Assembly (NCBI GenBank): GCA_030699125.1
Contig: JAUYKM010000012.1
Span: 11,159-75,158 of the forward strand
Reading direction: 5' to 3'
DNA length: 64,000 nt
From: Candidatus Daviesbacteria bacterium
GTDB lineage: Bacteria > Patescibacteriota > Microgenomatia > Daviesbacterales > UBA10151
This document shows, in pieces, positions 10,066 to 19,053 of the stretch (positions within the stretch are counted from its first letter, which is position 1; the number at the start of each line of letters is the position of its first letter). A program made the translations under genes and the position numbers. The notes under the pieces are model-generated. The model made no database searches. It was not told the origin of the DNA and worked only from the letters and a program-made list of their open reading frames with translations.

Positions 10066-10075
10066 TGGGGAGCCA
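10066..10075 (+). other. Putative att site (tRNA 3'-end-like TGGGGAGCCA) at the right boundary of the element
   Basis: Resembles a tRNA acceptor end plus CCA (tRNA-Asn-like); a related GGGGAGC closes the repeat at 12350-12386. Confidence 0.5.
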
Positions 10076-10129
10076 ATCGGCACTTAATATACCCAAAATG
10101 AGCCTCTTAATAAATCATGCATTCACTAT

Positions 10130-10171
10130 TCGTATCATTTATGATACGATTAATAAATATGAATGATACGA
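10130..10171. promoter_or_regulatory. Putative operator: palindrome TCGTATCAT-TT-ATGATACGA plus a third half-site over the Fic start
   Basis: Perfect 9-bp inverted repeat at 10130-10149; ATGATACGA again at 10163-10171. Confidence 0.45.
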
Positions 10172-11205
10172 ACCTTAATGTCCGCCAAAAACAGATCTTG
10201 TCAATCTTAAAACAGCAAAGTAGTGTTGCCCGCCAAGGATTAGCACAGCAAATATCTGCTAAAAAAGGAATTTCGAGAATAACAATTATTAGAGATTTAA
10301 ACGATTTAATCAACGATAAACTGGTCAAAGTAGAAGGAAAAGGGAAAAATACTAGATATAGTTTGCTTGAAACCAATCCTTTGTTAAACTATCTTGATCT
10401 TGACGGTTATTTTTTTGAAGAAGACAGGATAATTAAAAAAAAATTTGATATTTCCGTCTTTAATCACTTAAACAACTTATATTCTCCGGGTGAAATTAGA
10501 TTGTGGGAAAAGAGCAAGAAAGTTTTTAAAGAGGCTCAAGAAAAACTAGATCCATCAATCTATAAAAGGGAACTCGAAAGATTTGTTATTGAACTATCTT
10601 GGAAATCATCACAAATTGAGGGAAACACTTACAGCTTAATCGAAACGGAAACCTTGATTAAGCAGAATATTAAAGCGAGGGGGCATTCTAACGAAGAAGC
10701 TGTGATGATTTTAAATCACAGAGATGCATTTAATTCGATTATTAAGAATAAAGAGGATTTTAAGAAAATAGATTTTTCTGATGTTGTTCAGTTACACAAC
10801 ATTCTTACAAAAGGACTTATTACATCTGGGGTAAGATCGCAAAAAGTGAGAATTTCTGGAACACAATATGAGCCCTTATCAGACAAACATGAGCTTGAAA
10901 AGATATTAAGACAATTAATCGGACATGTGAATAAAACCGAATATCCACCGGAAAAAGCATTAATACTTGCGATAATGATTGCTTATCTTCAACCATTTGC
11001 TGATGGGAATAAGAGGACTTCGCGTATGCTTTCAAACGCTGTCCTCGTGGCTTTCGATTTCCCCCCTTTGTCTTATCGAAATATTAATGTTAATGAATAT
11101 AGAAGCGTAATGATTATTTTTTATGAAACTAACAATTTGTTTAATTTCAAACGACTTTATTTGAAACAGCTGCAGTATGTAATTGAAAATTATTTTCAAT
11201 TTTAG
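10159..11205 (+). CDS. Fic family protein with N-terminal winged HTH
   Basis: QPFADGNKRTSR Fic motif (Gln in place of His), SSQIEGN inhibitory motif; start may be 10117. Confidence 0.9.
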   Translation: MNDTNLNVRQKQILSILKQQSSVARQGLAQQISAKKGISRITIIRDLNDLINDKLVKVEGKGKNTRYSLLETNPLLNYLDLDGYFFEEDRIIKKKFDISVFNHLNNLYSPGEIRLWEKSKKVFKEAQEKLDPSIYKRELERFVIELSWKSSQIEGNTYSLIETETLIKQNIKARGHSNEEAVMILNHRDAFNSIIKNKEDFKKIDFSDVVQLHNILTKGLITSGVRSQKVRISGTQYEPLSDKHELEKILRQLIGHVNKTEYPPEKALILAIMIAYLQPFADGNKRTSRMLSNAVLVAFDFPPLSYRNINVNEYRSVMIIFYETNNLFNFKRLYLKQLQYVIENYFQF

Positions 11206-11286
11206 ATAATTTAATCGCAAACTTTGTTTATATTAGAGTTACGATTCTCGAGCCAAGTAGATTTTAGATTGTTAGAACAAGCTAAT

Positions 11287-11673
11287 TTAAACCCATTTAT
11301 TAAGTATTCCAGGTTCTGCTTTTACTGAAAATATTTTAAATGTATGTGACCTGATTTCTCCTTTATATTTCTCACCGATTGCTTGAGTATGAGCTATTTC
11401 TTTTAATTTGACTTTATCTACTCCTAATTCTTCTTGAAGTTCTCTTTTTGCAGCCTGAAGATAGCTTTCACCTGGATCGACATGTCCGGCAGAGGAGTGA
11501 TCTAACCTACCGTCATCCCTTAGTTGAATTAATATTTGTCCTTTATCATTAGTCAAAAAAACTACAGCAGTCCTGTGAATTAGTCCTTTTTGGTGAGCCT
11601 CGGCTCTTGTTACCTCCCCTAAAACATTATCTTGATCATCAACCCAAATAACCTTATCCTCTGAAGTTTTCAT
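11287..11673 (-). CDS. NUDIX hydrolase (IDI-like), possibly C-terminally truncated
   Basis: AGHVDPGESYLQAAKRELQEELG Nudix box. Confidence 0.85.
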   Translation of the reverse strand: MKTSEDKVIWVDDQDNVLGEVTRAEAHQKGLIHRTAVVFLTNDKGQILIQLRDDGRLDHSSAGHVDPGESYLQAAKRELQEELGVDKVKLKEIAHTQAIGEKYKGEIRSHTFKIFSVKAEPGILNKWV

Positions 11674-11747
11674 AGTGGCATTATAATATATAAAGGAGTA
11701 AAGTTTCAGGTTCTTCGATTTATCGGAAGTTCTGATATAATCCCTTC

Positions 11748-12356
11748 ATGAAATTACTTTTGACTTCTGCTGGTTTAACCAATAAATCAATCACAAACGC
11801 TCTTAAACAATTAGCAGATAAGCCGTTTGAAGATTTAAATGCAGTATTTATTCCAACAGCAGCATACCCAGAGGTAAATTTACAGTGGCTAGAAGAAGAT
11901 ATAAAAAGAATTCAAAAAGCAGATGTTATTTTTGTAGGCGGAGGTAATACTTTTTATTTAAGCTATTGGATGCAAAAGAGTGGACTTTCTGATCTTTTAC
12001 CAGAATTATTAAAAACCAGAATATATGTTGGTATTAGTGCAGGAAGTATGATTGTAACAAATAATTTAAGAGTTTCTTCCCAAGCATTGGAAAAATTTCA
12101 TCAATTATCTGATGAAGAATATGAGGAGTTAGGACCTAAGGGTAAGTCTTTATCTAAAACAGCCAAACTTGTTGATTTTGTAATTAGGCCACATCTTAAC
12201 TCTCCCCAATTTTCAAAAATAAGATTGAATTTTTTATCAAAGATCGCGAAAAATTTATCAGAAACTATGTATGCAATTGATGATCAGAGCGCAGTTTTGG
12301 TAAATGATAAAAAAATTGAGATAATTTCAGAAGGTAAGTGGAAGAAATTTAATTAA
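11748..12356 (+). CDS. Peptidase S51 (peptidase E) family
   Basis: VIFVGGGNT, GISAG nucleophile, PH motif; looks internally shortened. Confidence 0.85.
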   Translation: MKLLLTSAGLTNKSITNALKQLADKPFEDLNAVFIPTAAYPEVNLQWLEEDIKRIQKADVIFVGGGNTFYLSYWMQKSGLSDLLPELLKTRIYVGISAGSMIVTNNLRVSSQALEKFHQLSDEEYEELGPKGKSLSKTAKLVDFVIRPHLNSPQFSKIRLNFLSKIAKNLSETMYAIDDQSAVLVNDKKIEIISEGKWKKFN

Positions 12357-12385
12357 AAGTTCTTAAGTATGTTCAATAAGGGGAG
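12350..12385 (+). repeat. 36-bp att-like direct repeat, copy 1
   Basis: taattaaaagttcttaagtatgttcaataaggggag, 32/36 identical to 13744-13779. Confidence 0.85.
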
Positions 12386-12433
12386 CATACAAACTTTACT
12401 CTAACCTCTGGTATAATCCACTTGATAGTTTCT

Positions 12434-13726
12434 ATGGAAATAATAGTTATACTGCTGCTTATTCTTTTAAATGGTATACTTGCCATGGTGGAGATTGCAG
12501 TTGTCTCTGCCAGAAAATCAAGGCTACAACATCTGGCTCAGGAGGGTAATAAAAACGCCCAAGCTGTATTAGAGCTTAAAGATTCTCCTAATAGATTTTT
12601 ATCAACAGTTCAAATAGGCATAACTCTTATTGGAATACTTGCTGGTGCATTTGGAGGGGCAACAATTGCAGAGAATTTAGCTTCATATTTTGAAACCATA
12701 CCATCTATTGCTCCCTATAGTGAAGCAATTGGCATTGCCATTGTGGTTGCTGCGATCACTTATCTCTCTTTAATTATTGGAGAACTAGTACCAAAACGTT
12801 TAGGACTTAGTAATCCTGAACTTATCGCCTCTTTTGCTGCCCGTCCCATGCGCGCACTTTCAAAAATAAGTGCACCACTAGTGTATCTTTTAAGCCTCTC
12901 CACAGATTTTATTCTACAAGTGTTTCAGATAAAGCCAAAAGAAGAAGCAGTCAGTGTGGAAGAAATAAGGATGCTTATTCGGGAAGGGGCAAGGGTGGGT
13001 GTTTTTGGGACGGTAGAAAAAGATATTGTTGAACGCACCCTTCAGTTAGGGGACAAGAAAGTGAATACGCTTATGATCCCTCGGAAGGAAATTGTCTGGC
13101 TTGATATAGACTCCTCATTCAAAGCCATACGTTCAAGAGTTGCCAAACATCCCCATTCTCATTTTCCGGTATGCCGAGGTAGTCTTGATAAAGTTCTTGG
13201 GGTGGTGATGACTGAAGATATACTGGCAAATTTCTTAATAGAAGAAAAAATTGATTTGAAAAAATTTCTTCATAAGCCGCTTTTTGTACCAGAGACAACA
13301 GATGGGTTGAAAGTCTTAGAATTATTTAAAAAATCCGGTATTCACATGGCTTTAGTTGTTGATGAATATGGTAATGTTCAAGGTCTTATTTCCATGACTG
13401 ATATTCTGGAAGCAATAGTGGGAGATATACCAACAATTGATGAATTGGAAGAGCAGGAGATCGTTAAGAGGGGTGATGGTTCCTTCTTAGTGGATGGTCT
13501 TGTGCCGATTGATGAATTGAAAGAATATTTCCATATCAGCAGACTTCCCGGAGAAAAGTCTGGGAATTACCATACTGTTGGTGGTTTTGTGATGTATAAA
13601 CTTGGCCATATTCCTATTGCTGGTGATAGCTTTGAATTGGAATCATTAAAACTTGAAGTTTTAGATATGGATGGCAACAGAGTTGATAAAATTTTAATTA
13701 TTCCATCAAAGAAACATTTAGCATAA
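12434..13726 (+). CDS. Hemolysin/CorC-HlyC (CNNM) family CBS-domain membrane protein
   Basis: DUF21 TM region (FLSTVQIGITL, GELVPK), CBS pair, VVDEYG, CorC C-terminal domain. Confidence 0.92.
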   Translation: MEIIVILLLILLNGILAMVEIAVVSARKSRLQHLAQEGNKNAQAVLELKDSPNRFLSTVQIGITLIGILAGAFGGATIAENLASYFETIPSIAPYSEAIGIAIVVAAITYLSLIIGELVPKRLGLSNPELIASFAARPMRALSKISAPLVYLLSLSTDFILQVFQIKPKEEAVSVEEIRMLIREGARVGVFGTVEKDIVERTLQLGDKKVNTLMIPRKEIVWLDIDSSFKAIRSRVAKHPHSHFPVCRGSLDKVLGVVMTEDILANFLIEEKIDLKKFLHKPLFVPETTDGLKVLELFKKSGIHMALVVDEYGNVQGLISMTDILEAIVGDIPTIDELEEQEIVKRGDGSFLVDGLVPIDELKEYFHISRLPGEKSGNYHTVGGFVMYKLGHIPIAGDSFELESLKLEVLDMDGNRVDKILIIPSKKHLA

Positions 13727-13743
13727 ATTTCCCTTTTGGAAGG

Positions 13744-13779
13744 TAATTAAAAGTCCTTAAGTGTGTCCAATAAGGCGAG
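13744..13779 (+). repeat. 36-bp att-like direct repeat, copy 2
   Basis: taattaaaagtccttaagtgtgtccaataaggcgag. Confidence 0.85.
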
Positions 13780-13801
13780 TTAAAGTTGAGGATATGTACA
13801 T

Positions 13802-14449
13802 TTAAACCACCAAATAATTAGAAAAGTTCCAGATTGCGTGGGCAGTTATGGAAACAAAAATGGATTTTCTGCGGGCAAAGACAAAGGCAAACAGCATACT
13901 CATAAGCAGAGCCTGAGTAAAGTAAAAGGATAGATTACCACTAAACTGCAGGAGAAATACTGAGAGAGGCAGGTGAGCAATCGCAGAAAGCATACTACTT
14001 ATTATATTGGCGGAAGCCTCGCTTTGCCCGCTTAAGTAAATTCTTTGGAAAAAATATCCGCGGAATATAGTCTCTTCCAAAAACCCCACCACAGTAGCTG
14101 TTACTGCCGCCACAACAAATCCTGCATAAGTTAAATTCAGAGGATTTATTGTTAAGTCTCCACTGACAAAATCTTTGGCTATGATCCTTATTATAATAAG
14201 GGCTAAGCCGAGGCCAATACCTAAAAATATATTAGTCCATAAATTCTTTTGGGAAAATCCTAAAGATACCCAACCCTTTTTCTCCAGAATAAATACTGTA
14301 TATATAATGGGGGCAAATTTTAAAACAGGTTTGAATATCATCTCATCTACCCAGGTAGGAAATTGTTCAAAAAAACGATAGATAGCCCACAAAATAAAGG
14401 TGAGGAGATAGAGAAAGATCCACCTAAAGTGAGAATTTTTAAAAGACAT
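13802..14449 (-). CDS. CPBP family intramembrane metalloprotease (CAAX/Abi)
   Basis: EETIFRG, AIAH, HAIWN motifs; hydrophobic. Confidence 0.9.
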   Translation of the reverse strand: MSFKNSHFRWIFLYLLTFILWAIYRFFEQFPTWVDEMIFKPVLKFAPIIYTVFILEKKGWVSLGFSQKNLWTNIFLGIGLGLALIIIRIIAKDFVSGDLTINPLNLTYAGFVVAAVTATVVGFLEETIFRGYFFQRIYLSGQSEASANIISSMLSAIAHLPLSVFLLQFSGNLSFYFTQALLMSMLFAFVFARRKSIFVSITAHAIWNFSNYLVV

Positions 14450-14591
14450 ACTCTAAAGTATATCAGCAGATGATTTTTAGGTTTAGAGTAATTAGGTTCT
14501 CTTGCATTAAGATAAAGAAAAATGATAGGATTAAAATTAATAACCTGCCTGCCTTTTGGGCAGGTTTTTTATTGAAGGAGGTGATTAAATT

Positions 14592-15032
14592 ATGCCAGCT
14601 TTTTTATTAGCTTTAATAACTTTGGTAACTAGTTTTTTTCAAGAAGGCAAACCAACAACCCTACCTCCATATACTCCAGAGGAGGTAATAGTTAGAGGAG
14701 AGGTGATTTCTGAAGAGGCGCAGAATCTTGCTCCAGAGAGCTCACAGACTGAAGTTCAATCTGAAGATGAAATCCAAGATGCAAATACTGTGTCTATAGA
14801 TACTACTCAAGTAGCATCATATAATACTAAATCAGGTCAAGAAATGCCTACTCCGGTTCCACAAGTTGCAATTGATAATTCAGTGGCACTTGAGGCAGTA
14901 GTAAATGAGGATCTTGAGGTAGAAGAACAGACAATTGAGGAGCAAGTTGAGGTAACTACTGAACCTAATGATGGATTAGTTTTTGGTCAAACAACAGCTC
15001 AGTCTGCCCAAAATAATAGTCATAGGCCTTAA
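14592..15032 (+). CDS. Secreted acidic hypothetical protein
   Basis: Strong SD (AAGGAGGTGA), N-terminal hydrophobic segment, Glu/Thr/Gln-rich. Confidence 0.65.
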   Translation: MPAFLLALITLVTSFFQEGKPTTLPPYTPEEVIVRGEVISEEAQNLAPESSQTEVQSEDEIQDANTVSIDTTQVASYNTKSGQEMPTPVPQVAIDNSVALEAVVNEDLEVEEQTIEEQVEVTTEPNDGLVFGQTTAQSAQNNSHRP

Positions 15033-15061
15033 TCCTAAAAGAGAATTAGGTCTAGAAATTT

Positions 15062-15096
15062 AAACAAGAAACGGGCTCATCCCGTTTCTTGTTTTA
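15062..15096. terminator. Intrinsic (likely bidirectional) terminator
   Basis: 14-bp stem aaacaagaaacggg/cccgtttcttgttt with 5-nt loop. Confidence 0.75.
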
Positions 15097-15128
15097 TTTA
15101 ATAAATTCTGTTAAACTACTCATTCAGT

Positions 15129-15356
15129 ATGAACAATCCTTGTATTAGGTGTGGTAAACAAAGAATAGAATCTAAATCCTGGGAGGAAAAAATGGGCGCC
15201 TCAGTCATCACCTACAGTTTGACAGTTTGCCCGGATCGGGATTGTCAAAAGATTGTTGATGAGGAGATTGCTGAAAGAAAAGAAAAAGCAGACCTTATTT
15301 TAAGAAAAAAAGAAGAAGCAAAATTGGCCCGGGAAAAACTGATTGCGACCAATTGA
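15129..15356 (+). CDS. Small zinc-ribbon/coiled-coil hypothetical protein
   Basis: CIRCG and CPDRDC cysteines followed by a charged helix. Confidence 0.7.
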   Translation: MNNPCIRCGKQRIESKSWEEKMGASVITYSLTVCPDRDCQKIVDEEIAERKEKADLILRKKEEAKLAREKLIATN

Positions 15357-15395
15357 CTTATATTAAAGAAACTATATACTTATCTTAATAATAAA

Positions 15396-16688
15396 ATGAT
15401 CAGATTCTCTATTCCTTTAATCCCTTTTTCTTTTTTAGCTTTGCTAATCCTGACAGTTGTTATGGGAAGCAGAGTATTGGCAGTTTCAGAACAAACCCCT
15501 AACCTTCCCCAAGTTTTCTATATTCATTCAGATAATCCGGCCTTAAAAGTTCTCTTAGGAGTGGATCATCAATTTGAGGGAGTTTTCTCCACTGAATTGA
15601 CTGGATATGAATTGGGGATGTTAAGCTCAATGGGGGTGAGAGTGGAACAGGTTCAAATCAGAAAGATCGCTGCACCTAAACAAGATAAATGCGGAGATGG
15701 AGTTTGTCAGGGTTTTGAGAATGCAAGTAGCTGTTCTCAGGATTGTTCAGGGGTACCAACGCCCACCCCTTCATCCAGTCCTACCCCCACCCCAACTCCA
15801 GACCCATCATCCAGGTCTTGTGTGCCTGATAATCAAATCCCCTATGGAATTAATATGGTCAACGGTGGAGTGGGAGTGGGTAGCTCAAGTCCCACAGGTT
15901 CAGGAATAACAGTGGCAGTTTTGGATACCGGAGTCAAACAAGATCACCCGGATTTAGCAAATAGGATTGTCTCTTGTACAACTGAGGTCACACATCACAA
16001 TGCTGATAGTCAAAATTGTGAGGATGCTCACGGTCACGGTACTCATACTTCCGGTACTGTTTTGGCTGATGGAGGATTAGACGGATTGGGTATTTATGGA
16101 GTAGCCCCGGGGGCCTCTCTTATGGCAGTAAAGGTATGTGATAGAAGAGGTTGGTGTTTTGGGGATGATGTGGCAGCAGGCATCAGGTATGCCGCTGATA
16201 ATGGCGCCAATATTATTAGCATGAGTATAGGAGGAGATAGTGCTGATGCTCAGGAGCTTTCCGCCATAGATTATGCTACCTCCAGAGGGGTATTGGTGGT
16301 GGCAGCTGCCGGCAACGATGGCCCCGCTAACGGATCGATTGATTATCCCGGAGCTTATGTAAAGGTGGCGGCAGCAGGAGCCATTAATTCATCTAAAAAC
16401 GTACCGTCTTGGTCATCCCGGGGGATTAATGATGGGGATGGTGTAGTGGAGGAGAGGGAAGTAGAGTTTGCAACTCCCGGAGTATCTGTGGAATCAACTA
16501 ATAAAAATGGCTGTTATGAATATATGTCAGGTACATCTATGTCTACACCTCATGTGTCAGGTTTGGCAGCCAAGCTCTGGCAGGGTTCTGCCAGTGCCAC
16601 CAGAACATATTTGCAAAATCACTCGGCGGATATCTGGACTGTGGGAGATGACAGCGCCACCGGTTTTGGTCTGCCCGTAGCTCCATAA
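15396..16688 (+). CDS. Secreted S8 subtilisin-like serine protease
   Basis: VAVLDTG, HGTHTSG, AAAGN, SGTSMSTPHV triad; signal peptide; PT linker. Confidence 0.93.
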   Translation: MIRFSIPLIPFSFLALLILTVVMGSRVLAVSEQTPNLPQVFYIHSDNPALKVLLGVDHQFEGVFSTELTGYELGMLSSMGVRVEQVQIRKIAAPKQDKCGDGVCQGFENASSCSQDCSGVPTPTPSSSPTPTPTPDPSSRSCVPDNQIPYGINMVNGGVGVGSSSPTGSGITVAVLDTGVKQDHPDLANRIVSCTTEVTHHNADSQNCEDAHGHGTHTSGTVLADGGLDGLGIYGVAPGASLMAVKVCDRRGWCFGDDVAAGIRYAADNGANIISMSIGGDSADAQELSAIDYATSRGVLVVAAAGNDGPANGSIDYPGAYVKVAAAGAINSSKNVPSWSSRGINDGDGVVEEREVEFATPGVSVESTNKNGCYEYMSGTSMSTPHVSGLAAKLWQGSASATRTYLQNHSADIWTVGDDSATGFGLPVAP

Positions 16689-16733
16689 ACTGGTATTTGT
16701 TTTCCTTTGTTTGTTTTTGATAAAATTCCCTTT

Positions 16734-17144
16734 ATGAAAAGTTTTACCCAAACCTACACCATTAATGCTCCTTTAGAAAAAGTCTGGAAAGCCTTAATAG
16801 ATCCAGAAGAGATTGATCTTTGGGGAGCAGGGCCGGCAGTAATGGATGATCAGGAGGGAACCGAATTTAAGTTATGGGATGGGGATATTTATGGCAAAAA
16901 TATTGAGGTTGTCAAAAATGCTCGCCTCGCTGAGTCGGCGAAGCGGGCTCGCTTGGTCCAGGAATGGTCTGAGGATGGTTGGGATGCGCCTTCCAAAGTT
17001 ACTTTTGAATTGTCCCAAAAGGATGGTAAAACTATTGTCAATTTAACTCATGAAAATGTCCCTGATTCAGAGGCTAAAGAGATAGAGGATGGCTGGAAAA
17101 GGCATTATCTGGGTCCTCTCAAAAAATATGTAGAGTTGACATAA
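16734..17144 (+). CDS. SRPBCC/AHSA1 domain protein with in-frame palindrome insertion
   Basis: INAPLEKVWKAL...GW..HY; insert ARLAESAKR encoded by hairpin 16920-16948. Confidence 0.85.
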   Translation: MKSFTQTYTINAPLEKVWKALIDPEEIDLWGAGPAVMDDQEGTEFKLWDGDIYGKNIEVVKNARLAESAKRARLVQEWSEDGWDAPSKVTFELSQKDGKTIVNLTHENVPDSEAKEIEDGWKRHYLGPLKKYVELT

Positions 17145-17171
17145 GACTCTTTTTTTGTTATGTTGATATTG

Positions 17172-17732
17172 ATGTCTTCAATTGTTGATAATTTAAAAAA
17201 TGCCCTATCCCAGGTTGTTTCGGGTGCCGGTGATGTGGTAGGAACCACCCGTGATGTAGCCAAAAAAACCGTAGTGGAGACCCTGCAGGCAGGTGGTGAT
17301 GTAGCCTCTCAAGCTGTCTCTACAGCAGGATCTATAGTTTCGGAGGGAGTATCTGCCGCCTCTCAAGCCGGAGTGTCCACCACACAAGCTGTCACCGGTT
17401 TGGTCACCGGAGTAATTGAAGGAGTTAAAGAGGTGGGAGGAGATGTTAGCTCAACAGCCACTGAGGCAGCCAGCGGTGCTGTTAAAGCTACTTCCCAAAT
17501 AGGTGGAGATGTGGGTGAGGCAGCAGTTTCAGCTGTCAGTGGAGCTATTAATGCAGCAGGCGATATTGGAGCAGATTCAACTGAACTGGCCAAAAATGCA
17601 GTGGTAGGTACCCTTAAAGCTGCTGATGAGATCGGTTCTGAAGCAAGTGGATTAGTAAGAAAAGCCCTACTTAATGCTGCAGCTTTGCCGCATGATGTAA
17701 TTGATGCGCTCCTTAGCGGTAAAACTGAATAA
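17172..17732 (+). CDS. Ala/Gly/Val/Ser-rich repetitive hypothetical protein
   Basis: Amphipathic ~22-aa repeats (A..A..G.V.G....GGDV). Confidence 0.7.
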   Translation: MSSIVDNLKNALSQVVSGAGDVVGTTRDVAKKTVVETLQAGGDVASQAVSTAGSIVSEGVSAASQAGVSTTQAVTGLVTGVIEGVKEVGGDVSSTATEAASGAVKATSQIGGDVGEAAVSAVSGAINAAGDIGADSTELAKNAVVGTLKAADEIGSEASGLVRKALLNAAALPHDVIDALLSGKTE

Positions 17733-18983
17733 ATTAACTAATTTCATCCTTCTTCTGACAACTTTTGTAATACCTCTAATTGGTCCGGTTAAAAATTTAG
17801 GTTTTGAACAAGCCAAAGTTTTCTTTTTTTTGATTTTTTTAACTTTAGCAGGTTTATTATGGCTTGTATATTCAATTAATCATCCAGTCAAAATAGAATG
17901 GGCTCCTATTAAAAAAGCAGCCGCTTTATTGATGGCTGTATTATTTCTAACTTCCCATCTGGGAATTGATCGGTGGAATTCTTTTTTGGGAACACAGCCA
18001 TACTTCCAGGGACTCATCTTATATGCCTATCTTTTCTTATTTTTCTTACTTATTTCTCAGTCAAAAATTAAATTTGAGTATTGGGCTTATGTTTTAGCAG
18101 GTTCATCTGCGATGGTGGGAATATTAGCCATAAAGGATTGGATTTTATTGAACATATTTCATGTTCAAATTCCCACTTATGCCGGCAGAGTAGTGTCTAC
18201 TTTTGGCCAGCCCAATTTTTATGCGGCATTCATATTGTTTAGCCTACCTTTTAGTTACTATTTGTTGGTTATAAACAAAGGTAGGAGATCTTGGGCTTTG
18301 CTGGCTATTTTGATGATTTCAATTTTGGCCATTATAATAAGCGGATCAAAAAGCGTATTTTTACTCCTAATTTTACTGGGATTAATCTGGTTAGGTCTTT
18401 ATTTTAAAAAAAAATATTTTTTTTGGGATTCCTCAGCTTTCATTTTACTCATCATTGCCATATTAATTTCAATTCAATTTGCATATTTTTATTTAGGAAA
18501 AGAATTATGGGGATTTAATTTATCTGATAATCCTATCGTAACGCATCAATCTGTGGAAAAAGACCCCTTATTTGGTTAGTTGTTGGAAAAATAATTGTTA
18601 ATCAGCCTATTACAGGTTATGGTCTAGAAAACATAAGTCTATCATATACAAATTATTTCCAGGATAATCAAGATTTAGTTTTTAAGGAAGGCTCAAAAAG
18701 TTATCCGGCTCTGTTGTCCTTAAGAGACCTTAGTATTAGTAGAACTCATAACTATTCTTTAGATTTGTTGCTTTTTTCAGGAATATTGGGACTAATTGGT
18801 TGGTTTTTGTTAACTTTCTTTATAATAAGGAAATTAATAACCTCTAAAATAAATTTGGAAAAAAGTATCTTAATGACAGGTTTGATAACATATCTTGTCT
18901 GGATCCAATTCCAAAACCAATCAATGGTACATCTACTCTATTTTTGGCTAATGGTAGGTTTGATTGATCAGAATTTAAAATAA
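17701..18983 (+). pseudogene. O-antigen ligase-like membrane protein, frameshifted at about 18557-18561
   Basis: STFGQPNFYA motif. After GAAAAAG the alternative frame reads PLIWLVVGKIIVNQPITGYGLEN...RTHNYSLDLL and joins ORF 18714-18983. Confidence 0.75.
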
Positions 18984-19053
18984 ATTTCTTGAGGAAGGGG
19001 ATACAATTAATACAGGATTTATTTGCTCATAAAGTACCTGGTCTTTTTAATGC

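Larger units (their letters stand above)
1..10075. mobile_element. Integrative element/defence island (serine recombinase, excisionase-like HTH, type I R-M, YaaC-like)
   Basis: Recombinase at the left, typical small element genes, R-M cargo, and a right boundary at a tRNA-3'-like TGGGGAGCCA (10066-10075). The left end is outside the window. Confidence 0.75.

Noticed and set aside
12350-13779. 36-bp repeats as a CRISPR array
   Set aside because: There are only two copies 1.4 kb apart with a whole gene between them, and no cas genes in the window.
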